A stretch of 38,651 bases of DNA, from contig CAMCYV010000001.1 in NCBI GenBank assembly GCA_945885645.1, positions 1 to 38,651 of the forward strand, written 5' to 3'. The stretch's first letter is position 1; each line of letters starts with the position of its first letter. Positions 16,703-25,120 of the stretch are shown one piece after another. Under the pieces are notes generated by a model that made no database searches, had not been told where the DNA came from, and saw only the letters and a list, made by a program, of their open reading frames with translations. This stretch comes from Bifidobacterium breve. Lineage in GTDB: Bacteria > Actinomycetota > Actinomycetes > S36-B12. Made by a program: the position numbers and the translations under genes.

Positions 16703-19288
16703 TCACGATCCGGTACTGCTCTTTTCCATCGCAACAGGTGCAACATTGACGGACCCGACTCGGGCATGTGCTGCCGCTAACCGGGCGACCGGAATGCGCG
16801 ACGGTGAACATGAAACATAGTCCAGCCCCAGTCGTTCGCAGATCTCTATCGATGACGGATCGCCACCGTGCTCCCCACAAATCCCTAACTTGATATCAGG
16901 TCGTACAGATCGAGCTTTGTCAACCGCATAGGACATCAATGCTCCGACACCGGATTCGTCGAGCTCAGCAAATGGACTGGCTGTCATGAGTCCTTTGGAG
17001 AGATAGGTACCAAGCATGCGCCGTTCAACGTCATCTCGGGAGAAGCCGTACGTGAGCTGCGTTAAATCATTAGTGCCGAATGAAATGAAGTCAGCCCATT
17101 GGGCTAATTGATCGGCTAACAGCGCCGCCCTCGGTGTCTCGACCATGGTGCCGATTTGGAAGGGGATCACCATTCCGCTCCGCGATGAAACTTCTTGGTT
17201 CACCCGGCGGATCAGTCGGAGCATCATGAGCAATTCATCAGGGATCGACACCAACGGAATCATCACTTCAAGTTCAGGGTGGGCATCACCGGAAGAGACC
17301 ACGTCGACCCATGCATTGAAAAGTCCTTCAACCTGCGCGGGATACAAACCCTCATGCATCAATGCGAGCCGCACACCGCGCACACCCAGCATTGGATTTT
17401 CTTCGTGCATGTGTTCCAACATCCGGGCCTGATTCGCATCTTCTGCTTGATCGGCGCTGGCGGGGAGGAATTCGTGCATCGGTGCATCAAGTAATCGAAC
17501 GGTGACCGGCCGGTCACCCACGGCGCGCAATAAATCACGGAAGTCTTCACGTTGGGCATCGGCGAGGGCGGCGAGGGCGGCTTCTTCCGCGTCAAAGTCG
17601 TGGGAAAGGATCACCCGACGCACGAGCGGCAAACGGTCGCCCATGAACTGGTGCTCGGTGCGACACAAACCAATTCCCTCGGCACCACTGTCCATAGCAA
17701 TGGCGGCATCTGCGCCGTTGTCGGCATTGGCACGAACACCTAGCCTTCGCAAGTCATCAGCCCAACCCAGCAGAGCGGTCAAACTTGGTGAAGGAACAGG
17801 GGGCTCAATAATTAATTCACCAACGTATGCGACACCGGTAGCACCGTCAATTGAAATAACGTCACCGGCGCGCAACACATGAGCACCCGCGGTGAGGGTT
17901 TGCGCTTCATGATCAATGCGTAGATCCCCCGCTCCGCAGATCGCCGGCCGACCCATCCCGCGAGCAACCACGGCTGCATGTGAGGCCGAGCCACCATTAA
18001 TCGTCATGATTCCGGTTGCAGCCATCATGCCGGGTAAATCACCCGGGGTTGTCTCACTCATGACCAGGAGTACGGACTCTCCCGACTCAGCCAAATCAAC
18101 CGCACTCTCACTGGTGATTGCAATGCGGCCGACCGCTGCCCCCGGAGATGCGGCCAGACCTGAAACAAAAGGAACTTCTGCACCGGTGAGCTTGGGCTGA
18201 GGGTGGAGTAACTCCAGTACATGTGGGGATTCGACCGCGCGCACCGCGTCGATTTCACTGCTAATTCCCCGTGTGACCAGGTCAACGACGAGGCTCGTGG
18301 CTACCCGCGCATTAGGCTTGCGCAACTGTTCCAACCCAACGAGAGCCAGGCCTTCAGGCCCAAATTCAAAGTCGACAATCACCGAACTGCGGAGCCGACC
18401 CTCGAGCTCGGCCAACACGCCGGTCAACATTTCCACTCCGTTGGGCAACATGCTTAACGGAAGTCCACCTTGCTGCCGTTCGCTACCTGAACGGAAGCCA
18501 TGTCGGAACAAGCCATTGGGTGCAAACTGCCCGGAGTCCATTTCACGTGACATGGCAAAACCATGACCCTCTGCATCATGCTCGGTGACAACGATTGTTT
18601 CAAGATGAAGGGCCAAAGGGAGATCAGCGGGAAGATTCTGCTTGCGTCGGGCACGCGCTGCGCGCGGTGAATTCCAGCGAGCCAACATTGCCTGGGCTGC
18701 AGCCGCAACCTGCTCACTTCGCTTAGTGGGAAACGGTGATGAGCCTTTTTCCTTGCACAACCGCCGGAACGGTTCAACCCGTTCAACGAGATCCGGGTAG
18801 TCAAAATCAAGTGTGCCCAAGTCTTCAATGGGAACACCCAATGCGTGCTCGGCAATAAATGCTGCGGTTTTCCACCAGGCAACACCCAGTTCACCTCGCG
18901 CTTTAGGACCCAGCCCTTCAGGGATAACACTTCGCTTGAGTCCGAGACAGGTGAGGTCCGGCGGTAGGCCAGCAGCAGCGACCGGTGCACTCGCACTCAA
19001 TCGCAGAAGTACAAGACCACCAGTTTCGGTCGTGGAACTGATCTCGCGACCAGCGATATTTTCCACTAAGTTCATTGCTGCTTTAGCCCGGTCCGGGGAG
19101 GTGAAGCCGGGAACGTTTGGCACAGGAATTGTTAGACCTGCGCCAACAGGAAGGCCAAGGCCTGCAAGAGTTTCTAGTTCAATGCCTCGGGTACACAGTG
19201 ATCGCGCATCGAGTCCGCGCTGTAATCCACTGCCGAATGGGACAAGTCCAACGTCATCGATTGGCCCTGTTCGAAATATTGGGCTCAC
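16703..19288 (-). CDS. Pyruvate,phosphate dikinase-like PEP-utilizing enzyme with a divergent N-terminal domain
   Basis: GGSASHAAVVARGMG (His codon 17978-17980), GIGLCRTEH, SFGTNDLTQLTYGFSRDD and KLGICGEHGGDPSSI are collinear with PPDK. The N-terminal ~340 aa are poorly conserved. GTG start overlaps the upstream stop (GTGA). Confidence 0.8.
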   Translation of the reverse strand: MSPIFRTGPIDDVGLVPFGSGLQRGLDARSLCTRGIELETLAGLGLPVGAGLTIPVPNVPGFTSPDRAKAAMNLVENIAGREISSTTETGGLVLLRLSASAPVAAAGLPPDLTCLGLKRSVIPEGLGPKARGELGVAWWKTAAFIAEHALGVPIEDLGTLDFDYPDLVERVEPFRRLCKEKGSSPFPTKRSEQVAAAAQAMLARWNSPRAARARRKQNLPADLPLALHLETIVVTEHDAEGHGFAMSREMDSGQFAPNGLFRHGFRSGSERQQGGLPLSMLPNGVEMLTGVLAELEGRLRSSVIVDFEFGPEGLALVGLEQLRKPNARVATSLVVDLVTRGISSEIDAVRAVESPHVLELLHPQPKLTGAEVPFVSGLAASPGAAVGRIAITSESAVDLAESGESVLLVMSETTPGDLPGMMAATGIMTINGGSASHAAVVARGMGRPAICGAGDLRIDHEAQTLTAGAHVLRAGDVISIDGATGVAYVGELIIEPPVPSPSLTALLGWADDLRRLGVRANADNGADAAIAMDSGAEGIGLCRTEHQFMGDRLPLVRRVILSHDFDAEEAALAALADAQREDFRDLLRAVGDRPVTVRLLDAPMHEFLPASADQAEDANQARMLEHMHEENPMLGVRGVRLALMHEGLYPAQVEGLFNAWVDVVSSGDAHPELEVMIPLVSIPDELLMMLRLIRRVNQEVSSRSGMVIPFQIGTMVETPRAALLADQLAQWADFISFGTNDLTQLTYGFSRDDVERRMLGTYLSKGLMTASPFAELDESGVGALMSYAVDKARSVRPDIKLGICGEHGGDPSSIEICERLGLDYVSCSPSRIPVARLAAAHARVGSVNVAPVAMEKSSTGS

Positions 19289-19899
19289 GCCCCGCTCTCC
19301 GCAATGAGGCGCTCCTCAAGCTCCTCGTCTTCTTTACGCGACATTCCGATGGTCAAGATAAGTTCTTGGTGAAGGTGCATCCAGACCGTGTGGTACGAGT
19401 CAATTAGTGGAGATGCGAGCCAAGCGTCTTCACCGTCGTCAAGTTTGGCGAGAGCCTCCGTGAGTTTTTCGCGGTAACCGGCCATTCGGGGAATGTCCTC
19501 GGTGAATCGTTTGAGAAGTGGCGCCACTGAATCGTCGATGTCGTCCAGGCGGTCACGGATATCAGCGTCATAGTTTTCATCGGAGTGGTCATTGACGCTG
19601 CCATCGGGACGAACCTGCCACGATGTACACAAGTCGCGTAGTGCGCGGTTTACCGGAAGAAAACGGTGAAAAGTAGCCATGATGCGCTCGCGCTCGGGGG
19701 CCTGATCGGGCAGTCGAAGTGACTCTGAGACAAATTCGGTGCCGGCCGGGGTCGGCATCATGATCGGTCCTTTGATCAGAATCAACCCAGCGTCGGCCAG
19801 AGCCTGTTGCTGTGCTGAGACCTCGCCACGGGCCATTCCCCGAATAACCAAAGTCACGAGCGCGTCGCGCTCTTCTTCTGCCAAGACCACGTCGCTCAT
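19285..19899 (-). CDS. Hypothetical protein (204 aa), translationally coupled to the PPDK-like gene
   Basis: ATG has GGAGAAG upstream. Acidic, helix-rich sequence with no motif I recognise. 4-nt overlap with the next gene. Confidence 0.55.
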   Translation of the reverse strand: MSDVVLAEEERDALVTLVIRGMARGEVSAQQQALADAGLILIKGPIMMPTPAGTEFVSESLRLPDQAPERERIMATFHRFLPVNRALRDLCTSWQVRPDGSVNDHSDENYDADIRDRLDDIDDSVAPLLKRFTEDIPRMAGYREKLTEALAKLDDGEDAWLASPLIDSYHTVWMHLHQELILTIGMSRKEDEELEERLIAESGA

Positions 19900-19950
19900 T
19901 TTTTGCTTCTCCGCACCACGGGGCCGCCGTTTGAGCGGCTGGCCGATTAA

Positions 19951-19962
19951 TAGGAAGTCCTA
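19951..19962. promoter_or_regulatory. Operator-like palindrome TAGGAAGTCCTA (best palindrome of the set)
   Basis: Lies in the divergent region between the 204-aa ORF/PPDK-like string and the FadH-like gene. A second weaker copy, TACGAAGTCCTG, sits at 20045-20056. Confidence 0.35.
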
Positions 19963-20070
19963 CTATTGCATAACCTGCCCCCATTTATATAGGAATACGC
20001 AAACTCTGCAACTCCCGGGTCCCGCCACCTGTGTCATGCGCTGTTACGAAGTCCTGTGTCATAGTTTGCC

Positions 20071-22044
20071 GTGACCATTACTGCCGCCAGCCCACTTCAG
20101 GCCGCCCTCCAACCAATCACGGTTGGCACCATGGACTTATCGCATCGATTATTCGTGCCAACCCACGGAGGCGGTGCGGGATCGCTGACCGGTGACGACT
20201 CCCGCTTCCAAGCGATGCTCGACTACTGGCTCTCCCGCGTTGAAGACGGTTTCCAATGGATCGGTGGTCCACCATGTCACGTACAGCATCTGCAGATTCC
20301 TGGCTTTGAAGCCACCGGTATCGGGGCGCTTGGAAAGCAAGATGGAAACTTCCGTCACCCGCTCTTCCACGACCGGATGTCACACTTCGTTGACCGTGTT
20401 CACTCTGCCGGCGGCTACATGGGCATTCAACTTCTCCAGCAGGGCGGCATGCCCAGCGCTCCCTCTCCCACTTTTTCCGGATTTCTCGACCACCGCGGTG
20501 TCCACGTTATGAATCGCGACGAAGTGAAATGGGTCATTAACGAATACATTGAATCAGCCGTAATTGCAGCACGAACCGGTGCGGATTCAATTGAACTTCA
20601 CAGTAATCACGATGACATTATTGAGTGGTTTCTTTCGCCGCTCACTAACACTCGAACCGATGAATACGGCGGTTCGTACGCCAACAGGCGACGCTTCTTG
20701 CAAGAGATCACCGACGGTGTTCGCTTACGTGTTGATAGGCCAATCACATTTGGTTTGCGCCTCGCACTCGATCAGGACATGGACGGTGGTTACGGACTCG
20801 ACGAATGCTTGCGTTTAATGCAAAGCTTTGAGGCCGATGGCACTGTCGATTATTTCAACCTTGATATGGGTGGAAACTGGGGAGCAATCACCTACCTGCA
20901 ACACGGCATGTACCCGGAAGCTGCATGGGCACACATGTGCGGTGAAGCAAAAGCGGTCACAAAACTGCCCGTGCTTTATGTGGGTCGAGTTGTGCACGCT
21001 GAGACAGCCGAAAAAGTGATCGCAGACGGCAACGCCGACATGGTGGGAATGGTTCGTGCGCTGATCGCAGACCGCGAATGGTTGCGCAAAACACTCGACG
21101 GACGGCCCGACGAAGTTCGGCCATGTATTGCATTAAACGACTGTATCCACCGATACACATTGGAAGGCCTGAGCTTTGGCTGTGGTGTTAATCCGCATGC
21201 GGGCCGTGAATCACTGCCGCCAATAACGGTGAGTGAGAAGTCTTTGCGCTTACTTGTTGTCGGTGGTGGTCCAGCCGGGATGGAACTGGCTGCAAATGCT
21301 GCAGAGCGCGGACACGCTGTTGAATTGTGGGAAGAAAAAGCCGAACTCGGTGGTCGCTTCGCAATCGCAGCCAAGCTGCGGACAAACCCGACCTACCAAG
21401 ACTGGATCGACTGGTCCGCGGCTCGATTGCCGAGATTGGGAGTCAACACCTACCTCGGCCGGCGCGCTTCGGTGCGCTCAATTCTTGATGGCAACTTCGA
21501 CGTCGTCGCATTTGCTACAGGTTCGCACGCGCGACGCCCCGGAATCCCCGGTGAATATCTTCCGCACGTGTTCGGTGCGGACGCCGTTATTCGCGGGTTC
21601 ACTCAACCCTTAGGGCACCGAGTGCTGGTGATCGCAGCCGACGACGGACCATCTCCACTCACCGTGTCCGATCACCTCGCGCATTTAGGCCACGAAGTTG
21701 TTCTGGCATTTGAAACACCAGGACCTTCACCACTTGTGGGCAAGTACTCAGCGGGCGCGATGTTTGAAAGTTTGGACGAAGCCGGTGTTGAGATTTTGCA
21801 GATGGCTGTTGCAACCGAGATTCGAGTCAATGAAGTTGAGTTTGCCAATGCATACAGTCGTCTCAGATTCACGGTCGGTGGAATTGACTCGGTGGTTCTG
21901 GTCACCGGTGGGGTAGGCAACGACGCCCTTTATCGGTCGGTGTCTATGCACCACCCGCGAACCCACCTACTCGGGGACGCATGGGCTCCGCGACGGATGA
22001 CATTCGCGACCAAGCAGGCATTCGAACTGGCCCAGCTGCTGTAG
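20071..22044 (+). CDS. FadH/2,4-dienoyl-CoA reductase-like two-module flavoprotein (OYE-like TIM barrel plus FAD/NAD(P) domain)
   Basis: OYE-family block LSPLTNTRTDEYGGSYANRRRF, linker CIALNDCIH...FGCGVNP, and dinucleotide fold LLVVGGGPAGMELA. GTG 20071 is the first in-frame start after the stop at 20062. No obvious SD. Confidence 0.8.
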   Translation: MTITAASPLQAALQPITVGTMDLSHRLFVPTHGGGAGSLTGDDSRFQAMLDYWLSRVEDGFQWIGGPPCHVQHLQIPGFEATGIGALGKQDGNFRHPLFHDRMSHFVDRVHSAGGYMGIQLLQQGGMPSAPSPTFSGFLDHRGVHVMNRDEVKWVINEYIESAVIAARTGADSIELHSNHDDIIEWFLSPLTNTRTDEYGGSYANRRRFLQEITDGVRLRVDRPITFGLRLALDQDMDGGYGLDECLRLMQSFEADGTVDYFNLDMGGNWGAITYLQHGMYPEAAWAHMCGEAKAVTKLPVLYVGRVVHAETAEKVIADGNADMVGMVRALIADREWLRKTLDGRPDEVRPCIALNDCIHRYTLEGLSFGCGVNPHAGRESLPPITVSEKSLRLLVVGGGPAGMELAANAAERGHAVELWEEKAELGGRFAIAAKLRTNPTYQDWIDWSAARLPRLGVNTYLGRRASVRSILDGNFDVVAFATGSHARRPGIPGEYLPHVFGADAVIRGFTQPLGHRVLVIAADDGPSPLTVSDHLAHLGHEVVLAFETPGPSPLVGKYSAGAMFESLDEAGVEILQMAVATEIRVNEVEFANAYSRLRFTVGGIDSVVLVTGGVGNDALYRSVSMHHPRTHLLGDAWAPRRMTFATKQAFELAQLL

Positions 22045-22076
22045 CCGGGCCAGTTACACGAATGACTAATTAATGA

Positions 22077-23792
22077 TTAAGCGGTCTCGAGTACTTCGAT
22101 GGTGCCCTTGGCGCCGTCAACTCGAAGCAGATCGCCAGTTTTAAACATCTTGGTGGCACCGGGCAGACCGGCAACACAAGGAATGCCGAGTTCGCGAGCA
22201 ACTATCATTGCGTGCGAAGCCATTGAGCCGGTGTTCACCACGACAGCCGTGGCCAACATGAATAACGGTGTCCATGACGGGTCGGTCTGGGGTGCGACCA
22301 AGATTTCACCCGGCTCAAACTCCCCAATTGCATCAGTGCCCAAAACAATGCGTGCACGTCCCTCGACCACACCCTGCGATGCGGCAGCTCCATTGAAAGA
22401 ATCACCGACCTTTGCGCGATCAACGGCAACTGAACCCTTGCGGGGTATTTCCGATACTGGCGGGATTGGCTTTCCACTGTCCAAGAAGGTGGGAACTTCG
22501 AGGTCTTTGAGCGCCAACCACTGGGTTTGGCGTTCGCGGATACTCGGTAGCAGTGCGCCGTTGCCGAGTGCGAGGGCGTCCAACTCGTTGTCGAGTGCGA
22601 TGAAAATCTGTCGCGAATCATCAAGGACACCCTGTGCTGCAAGGCGGTTACCCAATTCAATTAAGGCCATCCGGGCTTCGTTCATAATCTTGATACAGGA
22701 TGACTTTCCGCTTTCACGCCAACCGGCGAAACGTCGAGCTGAACCGATAGCTCCACGGAACATCGCCTCAGTTGCGGCGTCCATACCTGCTGTGGCCTCG
22801 AGCATCGCTTGGTCGGTAGCCGCAGCGTGCAATGCCTGCTTTGCCGAAGGTGATTCCGAGTCTTCGAGTAAACGCATCTTGTCAACGAGTGCGAGTGCAA
22901 GTGAAGGCTTGGACTCCCATGACTCGGTTCCCAGATCCCATTCGGATGGACCGCGGTAACCGAACTCTCCGATAAATGCAGCGAACTCATTCCAGAAACC
23001 ACCGGTTGCTGTCGGGAGTTGGGCTTCAACCTTGTCCATTCCGCTGTTAAACAACTTGGTCATCTCTGGGCTGTTCTTCACCGTGCGCGAGAGCGACCAC
23101 AGTGAATAGGTTGGTGCCGCAGACTCAACGTCACCGGCGTAGCCGAGGATCGTGATCAGCAAATGGGCCTTGTCAGCGCCGAGAATTTGACCGGCAACGG
23201 CTGGGCCAACCGCCGCGTTTGAGGCGCCAATCTGTTCCGAGCGCCAAGCCAGACGTTCATATGGCATCACGGAGCGTGCTCGTGCAACGAGTGCGCGGTT
23301 GCTCATGGCCTTGAGGTTAGGGCGATTGCGACGTAGATCATCAGCGATTGCAGAGTCTTCGTCGGCGCCCTCAAACTTTGACGTGTTGAGTACCCAGCCA
23401 GCGCGCGCACCCCCGAGTGCGGTGAGTAACTCATTGGCATCGGTTGCTGATGCAACGTGGGGTGGGGCTCCAGGGGAATTAAAGAAGATTGAGTCGATGA
23501 TATCCGCGGTCATGCCCTTGCGGATTCCCAAAACTCGGACGTTACTCTGATTTATATAGAGGTATCCGTAAAAGAATCCAGCGACGGCGGATTCTTCGGT
23601 GAGCTCGTCTGCTGTGAAACAAACGTCTTCGACGTAACCGGATGCCCAACCGGGAAGAACGTTGGGGATCCAACACATGGTTGCACCAAGTGGTGTAATC
23701 GGATCAGCCATCACGTCTGCGGCATTGAGCCGGGTATAAATCGGGAACCTTACGCTGGGCTCGGTATCAGTGAGCCACGCCTTTTTTGACAT
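22077..23792 (-). CDS. PEP-utilizing swivel-His domain protein lacking an ATP-grasp domain (rifampin-phosphotransferase-like substrate plus His domains), paralog 1
   Basis: C-terminal VVEGRARIVL..EPGEILVAPQTDPSWTPLFM..GSMASHAMIVARELGIPCVAG (His codon 22212-22214). The N-terminus MSKKAWLTDTEPSVRFPIYTR parallels the paralog start. An alternative ATG lies at 23804. Confidence 0.75.
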   Translation of the reverse strand: MSKKAWLTDTEPSVRFPIYTRLNAADVMADPITPLGATMCWIPNVLPGWASGYVEDVCFTADELTEESAVAGFFYGYLYINQSNVRVLGIRKGMTADIIDSIFFNSPGAPPHVASATDANELLTALGGARAGWVLNTSKFEGADEDSAIADDLRRNRPNLKAMSNRALVARARSVMPYERLAWRSEQIGASNAAVGPAVAGQILGADKAHLLITILGYAGDVESAAPTYSLWSLSRTVKNSPEMTKLFNSGMDKVEAQLPTATGGFWNEFAAFIGEFGYRGPSEWDLGTESWESKPSLALALVDKMRLLEDSESPSAKQALHAAATDQAMLEATAGMDAATEAMFRGAIGSARRFAGWRESGKSSCIKIMNEARMALIELGNRLAAQGVLDDSRQIFIALDNELDALALGNGALLPSIRERQTQWLALKDLEVPTFLDSGKPIPPVSEIPRKGSVAVDRAKVGDSFNGAAASQGVVEGRARIVLGTDAIGEFEPGEILVAPQTDPSWTPLFMLATAVVVNTGSMASHAMIVARELGIPCVAGLPGATKMFKTGDLLRVDGAKGTIEVLETA

Positions 23793-23855
23793 GTGAACGT
23801 CCATTTCGTGTGAGGGTGAAAGGGTCAGAGTTAGCGAATGTTACCACCGCCAAAC

Positions 23856-23867
23856 TAGGACTACCTA
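23856..23867. promoter_or_regulatory. Operator-like site TAGGACTACCTA
   Basis: Lies in the 85-bp gap between the Rieske oxygenase stop (23878) and swivel-His paralog 1 (preferred start 23792). One mismatch to TAGGA-NN-TCCTA. Confidence 0.3.
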
Positions 23868-23877
23868 TGAAATCACA

Positions 23878-25086
23878 CTATCGAGGGCCGTGTACCGGCT
23901 CATGGGCGAGCAGTCGACGAATCGTTTCATGGGCGTGCTGAACGGCAATCTCATTACGACCGATGGTCATGTACTGATCAGCGAGTGAAGCGAGGCCATT
24001 TTGCACGTCGGTCTGCGCCGTGTAGTCCTCATCACGGAAGGCAGCGAAAAACCATTCGGCGGTTTTCTCTGCCTCGAGAAACTCTTCGGGAGTTTGGGGC
24101 GGCGTGCGCAGCAGCGTTGTCTGCCACGTCATTGACTCACCCCATGAGTCACCCGGAAGCATGATCGAGATTACGGTGCGCTCACGCAATCCACCAGCAA
24201 TCGCCATACCTGGAAAGACCCAGTACACAAGGCCCATGGCCTCTGCGGGATCCCATTCATCTCGCGGTTTTTCCATCATGGCGTCAAGGGTTTTCAGCGC
24301 GAACACATTACGCACGTGCGGACCAAATGAATCTAACGTCATGCGGTTGGTGTGGTTGGTGAGGGCAACGGTTTTTGCGTGCAGTGAACTGAAGTGATAA
24401 CCCTCGAGGTACCCGTCCAAAGTCACTTTCCAGTTGGGGCCGGGCAATGTTTTCGTGGTGAAGTGTGTGCACTTGTCAAGCTCGAGCGCCTCGAGGTGCG
24501 GCAGTACCTCACCGAGCCAAGCGTCGATCCCCAAGTCCATGTCGGGGGTAAGTCCAATGAAAATGAAACCGGCCCGTTCTACACACGGCAGTTGCACCAA
24601 ACTGAAATCTTCTTTGTTTACTTCACCGAAAGTATCTTCACCGGGAACTCCCGTAAGTTTTCCGTCGGTGTCATAGGTCCACGAGTGGTAGCCACAGGTG
24701 AATCTGCGCGCACTTCCGCAGCCATCGGCTAGAAGTTTCATGGCGCGGTGACGACACACATTGATCATCGCTCGCATCGTGCCGTCCTTGCCGCGAACAA
24801 GGATGATTTCTTTGCCGACCACTCGCATTGTTTTAAAGTCACCAACGTTTGCGAGTTCGGCCGAAGTACCTACTGGCAAGGGAATTGCTTGAAAGATCTC
24901 CTTGATCTCCCGTTCCCACAAATCTTGATCCAAGTACTCCGAAATCGGGACCTTCAGTTGCTCAGGTGCCATGTCGGTCGTCTGGTTACGCAGATGGGAA
25001 GCAAGTCGATCAAGGATGGACATTGCTTCTTCACGGCTCAACGCGGTGTGCGTGCCCGATGTGTATTGGGGCAGTGTCTCGGTCAT
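23878..25086 (-). CDS. Rieske [2Fe-2S] / mononuclear iron oxygenase alpha subunit
   Basis: Rieske motif CRHRAMKLLADGCGSARRFTCGYHSW (24685-24756). Iron ligands EGYHFSSLH and a downstream Asp. No beta subunit gene is adjacent. Confidence 0.9.
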   Translation of the reverse strand: MTETLPQYTSGTHTALSREEAMSILDRLASHLRNQTTDMAPEQLKVPISEYLDQDLWEREIKEIFQAIPLPVGTSAELANVGDFKTMRVVGKEIILVRGKDGTMRAMINVCRHRAMKLLADGCGSARRFTCGYHSWTYDTDGKLTGVPGEDTFGEVNKEDFSLVQLPCVERAGFIFIGLTPDMDLGIDAWLGEVLPHLEALELDKCTHFTTKTLPGPNWKVTLDGYLEGYHFSSLHAKTVALTNHTNRMTLDSFGPHVRNVFALKTLDAMMEKPRDEWDPAEAMGLVYWVFPGMAIAGGLRERTVISIMLPGDSWGESMTWQTTLLRTPPQTPEEFLEAEKTAEWFFAAFRDEDYTAQTDVQNGLASLADQYMTIGRNEIAVQHAHETIRRLLAHEPVHGPR

Positions 25087-25092
25087 AGAAAA

Positions 25093-25098
25093 ATACTA
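25093..25098 (-). promoter_or_regulatory. Candidate -10 element TAGTAT (context GTGTAGTAT), positioned for a leaderless Rieske oxygenase mRNA
   Basis: The hexamer is followed by exactly 6 nt (TTTTCT) and then ATG 25086. No well-spaced SD precedes this ATG. Confidence 0.35.
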
Positions 25099-25120
25099 CA
25101 CCTCGGTAGCAAGTGAGTGA

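Noticed and set aside
18454-18996. 180-aa alternative-frame ORF inside the PPDK-like gene; similar cases at 13991-14455, 3167-3745 and 26928-27422
   Set aside because: These are same-strand or opposite-strand overlaps within genes whose main frame has clear family motifs. Their composition is Arg/Trp/Cys/His-rich and atypical of real proteins.
14038-19288. Reading the PPDK-like gene plus the ABC transporter as a PTS-like sugar phosphotransferase system
   Set aside because: No HPr, EIIA/B/C or other PTS components are present, and the transporter is a standard ATP-driven ABC type. Only the enzyme-I analogy is kept, as a hypothesis in the findings.
22027-22053. CTGGCCC-N13-GGGCCAG inverted repeat spanning the FadH-like stop codon, as a possible bidirectional terminator
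   Set aside because: The stem is short with a large loop, half of it lies inside the CDS, and there is no U-tract on either strand.
22099-22959. 286-aa plus-strand ORF antisense to swivel-His paralog 1
   Set aside because: The opposite strand carries unmistakable PEP-utilizer motifs. This frame is S/A/R/P-rich with no motif and no RBS.
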